A DNA stretch of 64,000 nt from Candidatus Eiseniibacteriota bacterium (lineage in GTDB: Bacteria; Eisenbacteria; RBG-16-71-46; SZUA-252), in contig OY969801.1 in NCBI GenBank assembly GCA_963703225.1, positions 2,624,001 to 2,688,000 of the forward strand, given 5' to 3'. The translations under genes were made by a program, and so were the position numbers. This document shows, piece after piece, positions 39,662 through 49,539 of this stretch. How positions within the stretch are numbered: the stretch's first letter is position 1; each line of letters begins with the position of its first letter. The notes under the pieces were generated by a model, which saw only the letters and a program-made list of their open reading frames with translations, did no database searches and had not been told where the DNA came from.

Positions 39662-40832
39662 TGTCGTCGGCGGGAGGCCGATCGGCCACGAACTCGCGCG
39701 TGGCGCGAAGCACCTGATCCAGAATCTGCTCCGGATCCAGCCGGGCGGCACCGCGGGTGAGAATCGAGTGGAGCCGATCCTCGCCGAACTGCTCCCCGCT
39801 CGGGCTCTCCGCGTCCGACACGCCGTCGCTGTAGAGCACGAGCGTGTCGCCGGGGTCGAGCGCGTGCGTCTCCTCCTCGTAGGTCGCGGTCTCAAACGCG
39901 CCGACAATGAGCCCCCCTCGGGTGAGCCGCCGGACGCCGCCGTCGCCTCCGATGAGGAAGGCGGGATTGTGCCCCGCGCTGCACGAGATCAGTCTCCCTT
40001 CGGGCGAGAGCACCATGTAGGCGATGGTGGCGAAACGCGATTCGATCCCCCGGCGGCACAGGGCCTGGTTGACGCGATGGATCGTCGCGGCGGGGCCGTC
40101 GTCGTCCCCCATGTGGGTCGCGAAGATACCCTGCACGAGAGACGCCAGGATGGCGGCGGGAGGCCCCTTTCCCGCGACGTCGCCCAGCGCGAAGCCGAGC
40201 CGCCCTCCCGGAAGATCGAAGTACTCGAAGAAGTCGCCGCCGATCGTCCGGCATGGGATCGAGGCGGCCGCCGCCGCGTAGGTCCTGCCGGCGCGGATCC
40301 GGGGCGGCAGAAGCGCCTGTTGGATCTCCGCCGCGATCTTCAGTTCCTGCTCCTCGCGCGTCCTCGACTCCGCCTCCTCTCGAATCCGCGTCACCATGAG
40401 ACGCTTCATGCGCGTGGCGTAGATCACGCCGAGAAAAAGCCCGGCGAAGATCGCCGAAAAGAAGAGCAGCAGCACCACCTCGCGCTCCGTGCCGAACGTG
40501 CCGGGCGCGATGGTGTAGTGCAGGAGGACCCCGGCGGCCACGCTCCCGAGTATCGCGGCCAGTCCGAAGCTCGCGATCTGGAGGGGGTGTGGCGGGCCCA
40601 TCCGCGGGTGGTCGGGAGGGATCACGCGCGGCGCGACCCACTTTCGATTCGCCTCGATGAAGACCGAAATGAGAAACGAGAAGAAAAGGGACGCAATGTA
40701 GTACTCGCCGACCGTCGCGATCCCCTCGCCTCGGAGATAGCTGAAGAAGATCGCGAAGGGAGCCGCGAAGAGGACCGGGCGGAGGAAGAACCGCCACAGG
40801 AGCCCCGATCGGTTAGGGAGGAGGCGCGGCAT
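39606..40832 (-). CDS. Membrane-anchored PP2C/SpoIIE (RsbU-like) phosphatase
   Basis: N-terminal TMs; IQQALLP, GGDFFE, GDVAGKG, AGHNP, YSDGVSD, DDITLL. Confidence 0.92.
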   Translation of the reverse strand: MPRLLPNRSGLLWRFFLRPVLFAAPFAIFFSYLRGEGIATVGEYYIASLFFSFLISVFIEANRKWVAPRVIPPDHPRMGPPHPLQIASFGLAAILGSVAAGVLLHYTIAPGTFGTEREVVLLLFFSAIFAGLFLGVIYATRMKRLMVTRIREEAESRTREEQELKIAAEIQQALLPPRIRAGRTYAAAAASIPCRTIGGDFFEYFDLPGGRLGFALGDVAGKGPPAAILASLVQGIFATHMGDDDGPAATIHRVNQALCRRGIESRFATIAYMVLSPEGRLISCSAGHNPAFLIGGDGGVRRLTRGGLIVGAFETATYEEETHALDPGDTLVLYSDGVSDAESPSGEQFGEDRLHSILTRGAARLDPEQILDQVLRATREFVADRPPADDITLLVVRYLGNRENPATS

Positions 40833-40847
40833 CGACGTCGATCGCGG

Positions 40848-41031
40848 CTAACACGGACCGCCGAGCTGAAACTCCTCGGCCATCACCAGGCGCGCCGGCC
40901 TCCAGTCGCTGGGAAACTCCGCGCTGCCTACCCGATACTTCCGCACGCCCAGCATCTGCGGCGCTTCCATGACGTGTGGAATATGGACCCGGTTGTGCCA
41001 CTCGTTCCACTCCCCGAGGCATCGCGATCAT
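40848..41031 (-). pseudogene. Eroded EthD/DUF4286-like gene remnant
   Basis: ATG overlaps the SCP2 stop; an out-of-frame segment reads EWNEWHNRVHIPHVMEAPQMLGVRKYRV...*. Confidence 0.5.
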
Positions 41032-41453
41032 GCCTTGGGAAACTCCGTCGGGACGGAGGCGGTGCAGTGGATGAGCGCGCGGTTGGCTCCGGCGTGCTTC
41101 AAGAGCGTCAGCTTCTCTCCCTCGACGCGCATTTTCCCAGTCAAGATCGCGGTCGCGGCGAGCGTTTTCCTCTCGAGGATCTCTCTCCAGAGGGAGAAGG
41201 GAGCGCGCAACGCGAAGCCGGCGTCCTGCTGGACAGGACCCGGGACAAACTCCGCCGCCGCGCAGCGCCCCTCGCCCAGCCTGAGGAACAGGTAGAGCGG
41301 CTTCCCAAGGGCGGCGTCCGCCTCGAACGCGAAGAGCAGGTTGCCGTTGAATCCGACGCCCCACTTCGCGGCGGCGTTTCGGTACTCGCTCGATCGATTG
41401 AGCTCGTCTCGAAGTGCTTCCCCCCACTCCGCGGTTCCGAATTTCACGGCCAC
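41028..41453 (-). CDS. SCP2 sterol/lipid-binding domain protein
   Basis: FGTAEW...LNRSSEYRNAAAKW, AILTGKMRVEG. Confidence 0.8.
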   Translation of the reverse strand: MAVKFGTAEWGEALRDELNRSSEYRNAAAKWGVGFNGNLLFAFEADAALGKPLYLFLRLGEGRCAAAEFVPGPVQQDAGFALRAPFSLWREILERKTLAATAILTGKMRVEGEKLTLLKHAGANRALIHCTASVPTEFPKA

Positions 41454-41456
41454 CGC

Positions 41457-42872
41457 TCAGCGTCCCTTTGGGGAAAGGGCGGGGTGCGGCCCGAGTGGAA
41501 CGAATCCGGGGTTCAGTACGCCGTCGGGGTCGAACTTCCGCTTCGAGGCCCGGAAGAACTCCCACTCCGCGCCGAAGTGGGCGCGCCAGTCGGCCTCATC
41601 GAATTCCACGAAGCCGGAGAGGTAGCGCTTCCCGCCCATCGCGATGCTCAAGCGGCTTGCGTTCTCGAGCATCGGTTTGGCCTCGGGCCAGAATGGGGGC
41701 GGCACCGCCGGGAGGATCCCGAACCCCATGAGATCCTCCCCGGGGGGGCGCATGAAGAGACGGGACTGGGACGTCGAGCCCTTCGCCGGCCAGAGCAGCA
41801 CGTGCCCCCCGACGAGTATCGACGGAGGGAGATCGGGGAGGATCGCCTCCAGGAGATCGGGGGCCGTTTCCCAGGGCAGCACGGTCTCCATCCAGGGGTG
41901 GACATGCTCCCAGGTGCCGCCCCGCTTCCACAGATCGAAGACCGGTGCCAGTCGCTCGAAGAAGTCGATCGTGGGAAGGTCGTCGGTATAGAGATGTTCG
42001 TACGGCCGAAGCCCTTGAAGGAGGGCCGCGTCATCGGGAGGCGCGCCGGGCTCGAACTCGGCGGTCAGATGAAACGGGAAGAACCACTTGGCAAAGACCT
42101 GTCGGCGCCCGTTCACCGGCTTCGTGCCCTGCGGGGAGGGAGAGGCCCAGCTCTCGAGGTGATCCCATTGCCCGGAATTCATGGCCTGACGCGCGTCCTC
42201 CATGAACCGGTGCGCGTCGTCGTAAAGGAGGTAATAGGTCCGGGTCATCGGCTTGATCCGCCGGAGCTTGAGCCGCGCCCGCGTGATGATCCCCACCTGG
42301 CCGAGCCCCGCGATCGTGGACCAAAAGAGGTCCGCGTTCCGGTCCGGCGCGCAGGTCGTAAGCTCGCCTGCCCCCGTGACCACGTCGAGCTCGGCCACCT
42401 GGTCTCCCTGCGTGCCGTAGCGGAACGACGCGACGCCGATCCCCGCGATGGAGAGGGTGCCGCCCACCGTGACGTTCAGGTTGTTGGTGAGCACGGGGGG
42501 GGCCAGGCCGAGCGGATTCAGGTTCCGCACCAGATCGCCCCAGAGCGCACCTCCCTCGACGTCGAGGGTGAGCGCGTCGGAATCGAGATCTCCGATCCGC
42601 CCGAGCGACGGCATGTCGAGGAGGAGGCCGCCTTGGCTCACGGCGAGGAAGCTCTGACTGTGCCCGGCGCCGCGCGCGGAGACGGAGAGGCCCTGCTCCC
42701 GGGCGACCGCGACGGCGGCGACGACGTCGTCGGCGCTCCGGGGCTGGATCAGGAATCGCGGCGTCGCCGAGACGACATGCCCGAAGTTGGTGGTCCGATC
42801 CGGGGGAATCTGGTCCGGCGCGAGGACCGGTCCCCGGACGCGCCCCTGAAGCGCCTTCTGAAGCGTAGTCAA
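41457..42872 (-). CDS. FAD-linked oxidase, cytokinin-dehydrogenase-like (VAO/PCMH family)
   Basis: NFGH, RGAGHSQ, TVGGTLSIAGIG, GLGQVGIITRA, HPWME, WRAHFG..W...KRKFDP..VLNPG. TTG start inferred. Confidence 0.85.
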   Translation of the reverse strand: MTTLQKALQGRVRGPVLAPDQIPPDRTTNFGHVVSATPRFLIQPRSADDVVAAVAVAREQGLSVSARGAGHSQSFLAVSQGGLLLDMPSLGRIGDLDSDALTLDVEGGALWGDLVRNLNPLGLAPPVLTNNLNVTVGGTLSIAGIGVASFRYGTQGDQVAELDVVTGAGELTTCAPDRNADLFWSTIAGLGQVGIITRARLKLRRIKPMTRTYYLLYDDAHRFMEDARQAMNSGQWDHLESWASPSPQGTKPVNGRRQVFAKWFFPFHLTAEFEPGAPPDDAALLQGLRPYEHLYTDDLPTIDFFERLAPVFDLWKRGGTWEHVHPWMETVLPWETAPDLLEAILPDLPPSILVGGHVLLWPAKGSTSQSRLFMRPPGEDLMGFGILPAVPPPFWPEAKPMLENASRLSIAMGGKRYLSGFVEFDEADWRAHFGAEWEFFRASKRKFDPDGVLNPGFVPLGPHPALSPKGR

Positions 42873-42877
42873 CCCGA

Positions 42878-43456
42878 TCAGGTCTTCGCGGGAACCCGCG
42901 CCGCCTTGTACAAATGGCGGAGGAGCAGGACCTGGCCGAAGTGGCCCGAGAAGTGCTCGAGGATATGATAGAAGTACCAGCGGACGTTGAGGACGCGCTG
43001 GGTCCCGTCGGGACGGGTGCGCGTGACTTCCCGCTCGAGATCGGCGTCCTGCACGTTGGCCGCCAATTCCTTGACATGCGCGCGCGCCTTGACCAAGAGA
43101 TTCTCGTAGAAGGCAAGGTCCTTGCCCGCCAGATTGGCCGGTGGCCCAGCGTCCTCCGGGATCGGCATGCCGTCGTCGTCGAATCCGATGCCGAGAATTC
43201 CGTCCCCCGTGGGTTTCTCCTCCTTCTTCAACGCGATGAGCGTCCAGAAGACCTCCACGATCGCCAAATGGGCGAGGAGCATCCCCATCGTGTTCGTGCC
43301 GGGGTACGGCTGCCACTGAAGCTCATCCGGAGTGGCGCCCTGGAGCCCTTCCATGAGGCGGCGGCTCTGGTCGTCCATCTGGGCGAGGAAGGAGGCGACC
43401 TCCTGGGAGCGAAAGCCCGGAAGGGGCTGCATTACGGAACGTATGATCGTCGACAT
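42878..43456 (-). CDS. DinB family protein
   Basis: NTMGMLLAHLAIVE; HILEHFSGHFGQ. Confidence 0.88.
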   Translation of the reverse strand: MSTIIRSVMQPLPGFRSQEVASFLAQMDDQSRRLMEGLQGATPDELQWQPYPGTNTMGMLLAHLAIVEVFWTLIALKKEEKPTGDGILGIGFDDDGMPIPEDAGPPANLAGKDLAFYENLLVKARAHVKELAANVQDADLEREVTRTRPDGTQRVLNVRWYFYHILEHFSGHFGQVLLLRHLYKAARVPAKT

Positions 43457-43560
43457 GGAGCACTCCTCGGGTCAGAATCGTGGGACGAGAAACGTCTCAG
43501 GGCCCTAAGCATACCAGCCCGGGGCGCATGAGCGCACCGGGGGTTCTCCAAGGAGGCGAC

Positions 43561-43947
43561 ATGCCGTTCGCGGTCCAGTCGATCGACCACGTCGAGGTAT
43601 TCGTGCGGAGCATCCCCGACGCGATGCGCTGGTACGAGCAAGTGCTCGGACTCAAGGAGGTCGAGCGGTGGGACCCGGATCCGGTCATGATCGGGGCCGG
43701 CGGGACGAAGCTGGCCCTCTTTCAGGCGCCCGCCGACGCTGCGCCTACGAGCGAGAAGGACGCGCCCCCGCTGCGGTGGCACCGCGTCGCGTGGCTCACC
43801 GACCGCGCGGGGTTTGACGCGGCCCAGAAACACCTCGCCGCGCTCGGAATCCCCTTCCGGGGCCCGATCGATCACAAACCGACCACCTCCATCTACTTCC
43901 ACGACCCCGACGGACACCCCCTGGAGATCACGGTCCTCCTCGGGTAG
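43561..43947 (+). CDS. VOC/glyoxalase family protein
   Basis: IDHVEV, WYEQVLGL, SIYFHDPDGHPLEIT; SD AGGAGG. Confidence 0.9.
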   Translation: MPFAVQSIDHVEVFVRSIPDAMRWYEQVLGLKEVERWDPDPVMIGAGGTKLALFQAPADAAPTSEKDAPPLRWHRVAWLTDRAGFDAAQKHLAALGIPFRGPIDHKPTTSIYFHDPDGHPLEITVLLG

Positions 43948-43980
43948 CGGCCTCTCGCTCGGAAGGGTATGATGCGCCGC

Positions 43981-45852
43981 ATGCCGCACCGACCCCTCCC
44001 CATCGAGCGCCTCTACCTCGCCCACGAGATCGCCGAGCCGATCTTTGGCGCCGCGGCGGATCAGGTCTTCTACGCGCGCCGGGCCGATGGGCGCAGGACC
44101 ATCATCCGCCACTCGATCCAGAGCGGCTTGGCCGAGAGCGTGACGGCCGAGCCGAGGCCGATGGGCGGCGTGGGCTACGGCGGCGGGAACTTCACGGTGA
44201 AGGACCGGATCCTGGTCTACGCCGCGGACGACGGCCGGCTTCACGCGATCGATCTGGTCGGAGGCGAGCAGCGAACGATCACTCCCGCGTACGAAGGGGT
44301 CGCGGCCCCGACGATTTCTCCCTGCGGGCGTTGGGTCGCGTTCCTCTGCGAGCAGGATGGACACTGCAACGTCTTCTTGGCCGACCTCAGGGGCGAGGTC
44401 GCCCCGGTCAAGCTCTCCGCCGACCCCTGGTATGCCTTCAATCCGATCTTTGCTCCCGACGGCGGGCGGATCGCCTGGCAGGAGTGGGACGAGTACGACA
44501 TGCCGTGGGACGAGGCCCGGATTCAGATCGAGCGGTTCTCAAAGCCGTGCGGATCGTGGTCCGCCATGACCGAAGCGTTGCCGCTCGCGAGAGCCGCCAC
44601 GATCGGGAAATCGCGCGTCTCCTATTCCGTGCCGCAGTGGAGCCCGGACGGGAAACACCTCGCGTTCACGAGCGACGAATCGGGATGGCGATCGCTCTGG
44701 GTCGGCGACGCAGAGGGAGGAGGCGCGGCGCGCGTCGAGACCGGCGAAGGCGAGATCGGGCTCCCCGACTGGGTCCCCGGTCTCCACGCCTACCGCTGGA
44801 GCGGCGACGGTTCCGCGATCTTCGCCGTTCGAGGGCGGAAGAGCAGCGACTCGCTGCTCCGGATCGGCTGGCCGGGCGGGAAGGCCGAGGAGCTCGCGTC
44901 CGAGTACACCGACATCAGGGGACTTCAGGTGCGGGGCGAATCTCTGGTTTATGTCGGCGCCAACGCGGCGACGCCCGCGGTGCTCGTCACGCGCGACGGC
45001 GCTCGGGGGGCCGAGGTGGCCCGCGCCTCGACGGGTGTGGGATTGATCGAGAAGTCCACGCTCTCGACGCCCGAGGTGCTCACGTGGCGCAGCAAGGGCG
45101 GTGCCCAGGCCTGGGGAATTCTCTACCCCGCGGTCGGGCCCGACGCGGAGCGTGGTCTGCGCCCCCTCCTCATCCACATGCACGGCGGCCCGACGTCGCA
45201 GGTTCCGCTCACGTGGGTCTCGCAGGCTCAATACTTCGCGACGCGCGGATGGCACTACCTGATCGTCAATCACCGCGGCGGAACGGGGTTCGGACGCGCC
45301 TACCAAGACCTGCTGCGGGGCCGCTGGGGCGTCGTGGATTTGGAAGACGCGCGCACCGGCGCCGAGCAGATCATCCAGAATCGCAGCGGTGATCCGAAGC
45401 GCGTGGCGATCACGGGCGGGAGCGCCGGCGGCTACGCCACGCTCTGGGCCCTGACGCAGCAGCCCGAATTCTGGACCGCCGGCGTGGCGCTCTTCCCCCT
45501 CGCCGACATCTACGACGCGGTCGTCGGATCGCACCGCTTCGAGCGGCACTACGAGGAGACGCTCTTCGGCCGCCTGCCGGAGGCGGGCCCGCTCTGGAAG
45601 GAGCGCTCACCCCTCACCCACGTCGATCGGGTGCGCGCGCCGGTCCTCCTCTTTCACGGGACTGAGGACAAGGCGGTGCCGCACCAGCAATCGGTCGATT
45701 TCGCGGAGGCGGTGCGCCGGCGGGGCGGCATCGCGGAGCTGGCCTCCTACGAGGGCGAGGGACACGGCTTCGCGAAGGAGGCAAACCGCCGCGACATGAT
45801 CGAGCGGATGGAGCGCTTTCTCGAGAAGTACGTGATCTGCTTGCAGCGCTAG
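43981..45852 (+). CDS. S9 family prolyl oligopeptidase-like peptidase
   Basis: HGGPT, GGSAGG, HGTEDKAV, EGHGF. Start supported by TATGAT 7 nt upstream. Confidence 0.92.
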   Translation: MPHRPLPIERLYLAHEIAEPIFGAAADQVFYARRADGRRTIIRHSIQSGLAESVTAEPRPMGGVGYGGGNFTVKDRILVYAADDGRLHAIDLVGGEQRTITPAYEGVAAPTISPCGRWVAFLCEQDGHCNVFLADLRGEVAPVKLSADPWYAFNPIFAPDGGRIAWQEWDEYDMPWDEARIQIERFSKPCGSWSAMTEALPLARAATIGKSRVSYSVPQWSPDGKHLAFTSDESGWRSLWVGDAEGGGAARVETGEGEIGLPDWVPGLHAYRWSGDGSAIFAVRGRKSSDSLLRIGWPGGKAEELASEYTDIRGLQVRGESLVYVGANAATPAVLVTRDGARGAEVARASTGVGLIEKSTLSTPEVLTWRSKGGAQAWGILYPAVGPDAERGLRPLLIHMHGGPTSQVPLTWVSQAQYFATRGWHYLIVNHRGGTGFGRAYQDLLRGRWGVVDLEDARTGAEQIIQNRSGDPKRVAITGGSAGGYATLWALTQQPEFWTAGVALFPLADIYDAVVGSHRFERHYEETLFGRLPEAGPLWKERSPLTHVDRVRAPVLLFHGTEDKAVPHQQSVDFAEAVRRRGGIAELASYEGEGHGFAKEANRRDMIERMERFLEKYVICLQR

Positions 45853-45876
45853 CCGAGGGGTGCGACCCGAGCGCCC

Positions 45877-47042
45877 CTAGAGCAGCTCCGAAACCGGGTT
45901 CGGCTCCCCTTCCTCGAACCGCGCGGGGCGAAGCGCGCTGATGTCGAGCGTCGACGCGGCCCCGTCCAGGATCACCTCCGCGAGGAGCTGCCCCAACGCC
46001 GGTGCGTGCATCACGCCGTGCCCGGACGACCCATTGATCAGGTAGAGGTTGGGGCACTCGGCCGCCGGGCCGACGATCGCGTGCTTATCCGGCGACATCT
46101 CGTAGAGGCCGGCCCAGCACGCCTCCCGGTCGATCACCGCCTCCCGCAGCTTGGGCACGCGATCGTGCGCGGCGCGCACCACGGCGTCGATCCACTCCGG
46201 CTCGACGCTCACGTCGTACGGTCGCCCCGCCACGCCGGGAGTCGGCCGAAGCAGCAGCACCCTGCGATCCCGCACGCGGAAATGAAACCCGTCGACGACG
46301 AAGATGGTCATCGGCGTTCCTTCGGGCAGGAGATCGCAGGGCACGGTGGCGGCGGCCTGACGCCGGAGCGGGTTCACGGGGAGCAGGACGCCGGCGTGGG
46401 CCGCGATGGTGGCCGCCCACGGACCGGCGGCGTTCACGACCGATTCGATTTCGACGCGGCCGCGCGGCGTTTCGAGATGCGAATATCCGCCCGTCGGCGC
46501 CGCACGCGATGGAGGCCACCTCCACACCCCACTCGACGCTAACCCCCAGCCGCTGGGCGGCGGCCAGATAGCCCTCGAGGATCGCGACGGGACGTATGAA
46601 CCCGTCGGTTGGACAAAACGCGCCGCCCACGATCCCCTCGAGCCCAACGGCAGGACAGAGCCGCGCGATCTCCGAGGGCCCAACCTCGACCGCTTCGGTG
46701 AGCCCCTCCGCGTGCTGAATCCTCTGCGCCCAGCGGAGCGCGTTCAGCTCTGCCTCGGTGCTCGCGAGCCAGAGGTAGCCGGAGGGGGCGTAGCCCGAAT
46801 CGATCGCCAATCTCCTCTCGGAATCGTTGGAGCTTCTCCCGCGCGAGGAGAGAGAGGCGGACGTTGATCGGCGTCGCGAACTGGGCGCGAAAGCCCCCGG
46901 TCGCGGCGCCGGTGCTGCCCTGCCCGGGTCCTGGGTTTCGATCCAGGACCAGAACGTCCTTCATCCCCCGGAGCGCTAAGTGGTACGCCACGCTCGCGCC
47001 CAGGACACCGCCGCCTAAGACGGCGACCGACGCCCGCGTCAT
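45877..47042 (-). CDS. FAD-dependent oxidoreductase (sarcosine oxidase beta/DAO-like); two +1 frameshifts
   Basis: GGGVLG, GSTG, VVNAAGPWA, WAGLYEMSPD, SGHGVMHAP spread over three frames; breaks near 46805 and 46483. Confidence 0.85.
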
Positions 47043-47455
47043 GCCGTGAAGACGTGCTCGGGATGCTTGAACGTCTTGAACTCGAGCGCGTTTCCGCTCG
47101 GATCGAGCAGAAACATGGTCCCCTGCTCGCCCGGCTGACCCTCGTACCGGGTCCGCGGCTCGAGTACGAAGGGGAGCCCCGCGCGCCGAATCCGCTCGGC
47201 CAGCACCTGGAACTCATCCCAACCCAGGATCGCGCCGAAGTGCGGCATCGGAACCGCCACGCCGTCCACGTGGCCCGTTTTCTCGGTGCCCATGACCGCG
47301 CCCGTGGTGTGGGCCGAGATCTGATGGCCGAAGAAATCGAAGTCGACCCAGGTCTCGGTGCTGCGGCCTTCGCGGCACCCCAGCACGTCGCCGTAGAAAT
47401 GGCGCGTGGACGGCAGGTCCTTGACGATGAACGCAAAGTGAAACGGGCGCGTCAT
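47039..47455 (-). CDS. VOC family protein (extradiol-dioxygenase-like)
   Basis: PFHFAF, GCREGRS..WVDFDFFGHQ, PHFG, DPSGNALEFK. Confidence 0.9.
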   Translation of the reverse strand: MTRPFHFAFIVKDLPSTRHFYGDVLGCREGRSTETWVDFDFFGHQISAHTTGAVMGTEKTGHVDGVAVPMPHFGAILGWDEFQVLAERIRRAGLPFVLEPRTRYEGQPGEQGTMFLLDPSGNALEFKTFKHPEHVFTA

Positions 47456-47481
47456 GGTTGGCTCCCTCGCGGCGGCGATGT

Positions 47482-48075
47482 CTACTTGGTGACCGGGTTC
47501 GCGGCCGTTTCCTTCGGCGCGTCCCAGGCCGGCGGGGCGGGCATGATCAAGGCGCCGCCGCTCGCGGTCTGCCCCGGCGGAAGCGGGCCGAGATTCTTGT
47601 GCCGCACCGGCGGGACGCTCCTCAGGTATGCGATGACGGCCGCCATGTCCTCCGGCGTGTAGTGTGCGTAGTTCGGCCAGGGCATGGGCGGGGCGACCGG
47701 GCTGCCATCTCTCTTGATCCCCGAGCGGAGCGCCCGCTCGATCTCGGCGTCGGTCCAGGCCCCCAGGCCGGTTTCGGTATCGGGCGTGAGGTTGCTGGCG
47801 TACGAGACCCCCCACGGCCCCTGCCACCCCAGGTCGCTCCCCGCCAGCGTCCGCTTGAAGTCGGGAGCGTTGTAGAGCAGGCCAGGGGTGTGACAGTCGT
47901 TGCACCCCGAAATGGTGACGAGGTATGCCCCCCGCTGCAGGGGGGGCGTCATCATGGCCGCCGTTTCGGTGGCCGCGCCGCTCTGCGCTTGCTTGGACGA
48001 GCAGGCGGCGGTTCCCCCTAGGACCGCGGCGACCACGACGAGAGCAACGATCCCATTCGGCCGCATCCGAAGCAT
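47482..48075 (-). CDS. Monoheme cytochrome c lipoprotein
   Basis: Lipobox TAAC; CNDCHTP; NLTPD.ETGLG.W; PPMPW. Confidence 0.88.
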   Translation of the reverse strand: MLRMRPNGIVALVVVAAVLGGTAACSSKQAQSGAATETAAMMTPPLQRGAYLVTISGCNDCHTPGLLYNAPDFKRTLAGSDLGWQGPWGVSYASNLTPDTETGLGAWTDAEIERALRSGIKRDGSPVAPPMPWPNYAHYTPEDMAAVIAYLRSVPPVRHKNLGPLPPGQTASGGALIMPAPPAWDAPKETAANPVTK

Positions 48076-48114
48076 CTCTGTTCCCTCCACTGTCTCATGA
48101 TGAGCGGACTACTT

Positions 48115-48887
48115 CTACCAACTCCCCGTGACCACATCCTTCACGATCCACGCGACCACCGCGACCGCGACCACCAGGACCGCGCCCCGGATGAAGCGGT
48201 CGCCGCCCCGCACGACCAGGTGGGCACCGAGAAATCCGCCCAGGAGCTGCGCCGCCGCCATCGGGAACGGCGACGCTCCAAAGCACCGCCCCGCGATTCG
48301 CGAAAATCAGCATCGCCGTGAAATTGGAGGCGAAGTTTAGCACCTTTGCCTCGGCCGTCGCGCGCGCGAGCGGGAGGTGGAGCAGCATGACGTAGGCCGC
48401 GATGATGAACGTCCCTGCCCCGGGGCCGAAGAAGCCGTCGTACGCGCCGAGGACAACCGCGATGGCCGCGATCCAGAGCCCGGCGGTCTTGCCCATGGGC
48501 GCCGCCCCTTCGCGCGGACGGATCCGGCCCGACGCGATCAGGAGCGCCGCGACGATGAGCAAGAGCATCACGATGGGCCGCAGCACCCCGGGCTTGAGAT
48601 AGAGCGCGAGCGCGGCGCCCGAGATCGATCCGAGGACGGCGAGCGGGAACGAGATGCGGCGCGGTCCGTCCTTCGATCAGCCCGGCGTGCCGGTAGCGAA
48701 GGGTCGCGGCAAAGGAGCCGAACGTCGACTGCCCCTTGTTCGTCCCCAGGGCGAGATGGGGCGGAAGGCCCACGGCCAGGAGGACCGGGACCGTGAAGAG
48801 ACCGCCGCCGCCCGAAATCGCGTCCACGGTGCCACCGAGGAGCGCGGCCGCGCAAAGGAGGGCCACCTGCACCGCCGAAAGTTCCAC
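48115..48887 (-). CDS. TSUP (TauE/SafE) family transporter; two +1 frameshifts
   Basis: VDAISGGGGL, ALGTNK, YDGFFGPGAGTF, LNFASN; breaks near 48659 and 48264. Confidence 0.85.
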
Positions 48888-49086
48888 GGGCTACGCCTGG
48901 GATACGGTGCAGGGCAAACGCATTGGGCGCATTATGCACCGACGGAGGCGGGCGGCAAAGCGCTCGCCGGTGGTGACGTGGAGCGCCCGGTGGTATCCTG
49001 CGCCGCGACCCGCGCGGTGCCATGCCGCGGTGAGGCGTCGGGCCGCGCGGATGGATCCGCCGGCCGATCGAGGAGGAGGACGGTTC

Positions 49087-49524
49087 ATGGGCAAGATCGC
49101 TTGGGGCAGAGTGATCCTTGGGGGTTTGGTCGCGGGGGTTCTCTGGTGGATCTTCGAAGGGTTGGTTCACGGCCTCATGCTGGGCCATGAATGGCGCGCC
49201 GCGTTCATGGCGCTCGGCAGGACCAACGAGCAAATGGACGCGGGGAACGGCCGCTTCATGATGCTGGTCACGGTCTGGTGTCTTGTCGCCGGCATCCTCG
49301 GCGTCTGGCTCTACGCCGCGATCCGTCCCCGGTTCGGGCCCGGCCCCAAGACCGCGATGATCGCCGGCGTTGGGCTCTGGTCGATGAGCTACCTCCTGCC
49401 CACGATCGTCGACTACGCCTTTGGGCTCTGGCCGAACAAGCTGATGTTCCTCCCGCTGGCCACCGCCTTCTTCGAGTCCATTATCACCACCATGGTGGGA
49501 GCGTGGCTCTATAAGGAGGCATAG
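49087..49524 (+). CDS. Hypothetical 4-TM membrane protein
   Basis: Strong SD AGGAGGAGG; WLYAAIRPRFGPGPKTA. Confidence 0.8.
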   Translation: MGKIAWGRVILGGLVAGVLWWIFEGLVHGLMLGHEWRAAFMALGRTNEQMDAGNGRFMMLVTVWCLVAGILGVWLYAAIRPRFGPGPKTAMIAGVGLWSMSYLLPTIVDYAFGLWPNKLMFLPLATAFFESIITTMVGAWLYKEA

Positions 49525-49539
49525 CCGCCCGCCGCACCT

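Noticed and set aside
39768..42968. 1066-aa plus-strand ORF and many other long antisense or alternate-frame ORFs (e.g. 26223-28730, 5929-7746, 59395-61434)
   Set aside because: They are shadows of real genes on the opposite strand. High GC suppresses stop codons, and the translations are Arg/Gly/Pro-rich with no motifs.
41457..43316. Apparent N-terminal extensions of the oxidase, M16 (to 19500), prohibitin (to 26264) and phosphatase (to 59077) ORFs
   Set aside because: The extensions overlap upstream genes in other frames and have no domain content; coupled downstream starts exist.
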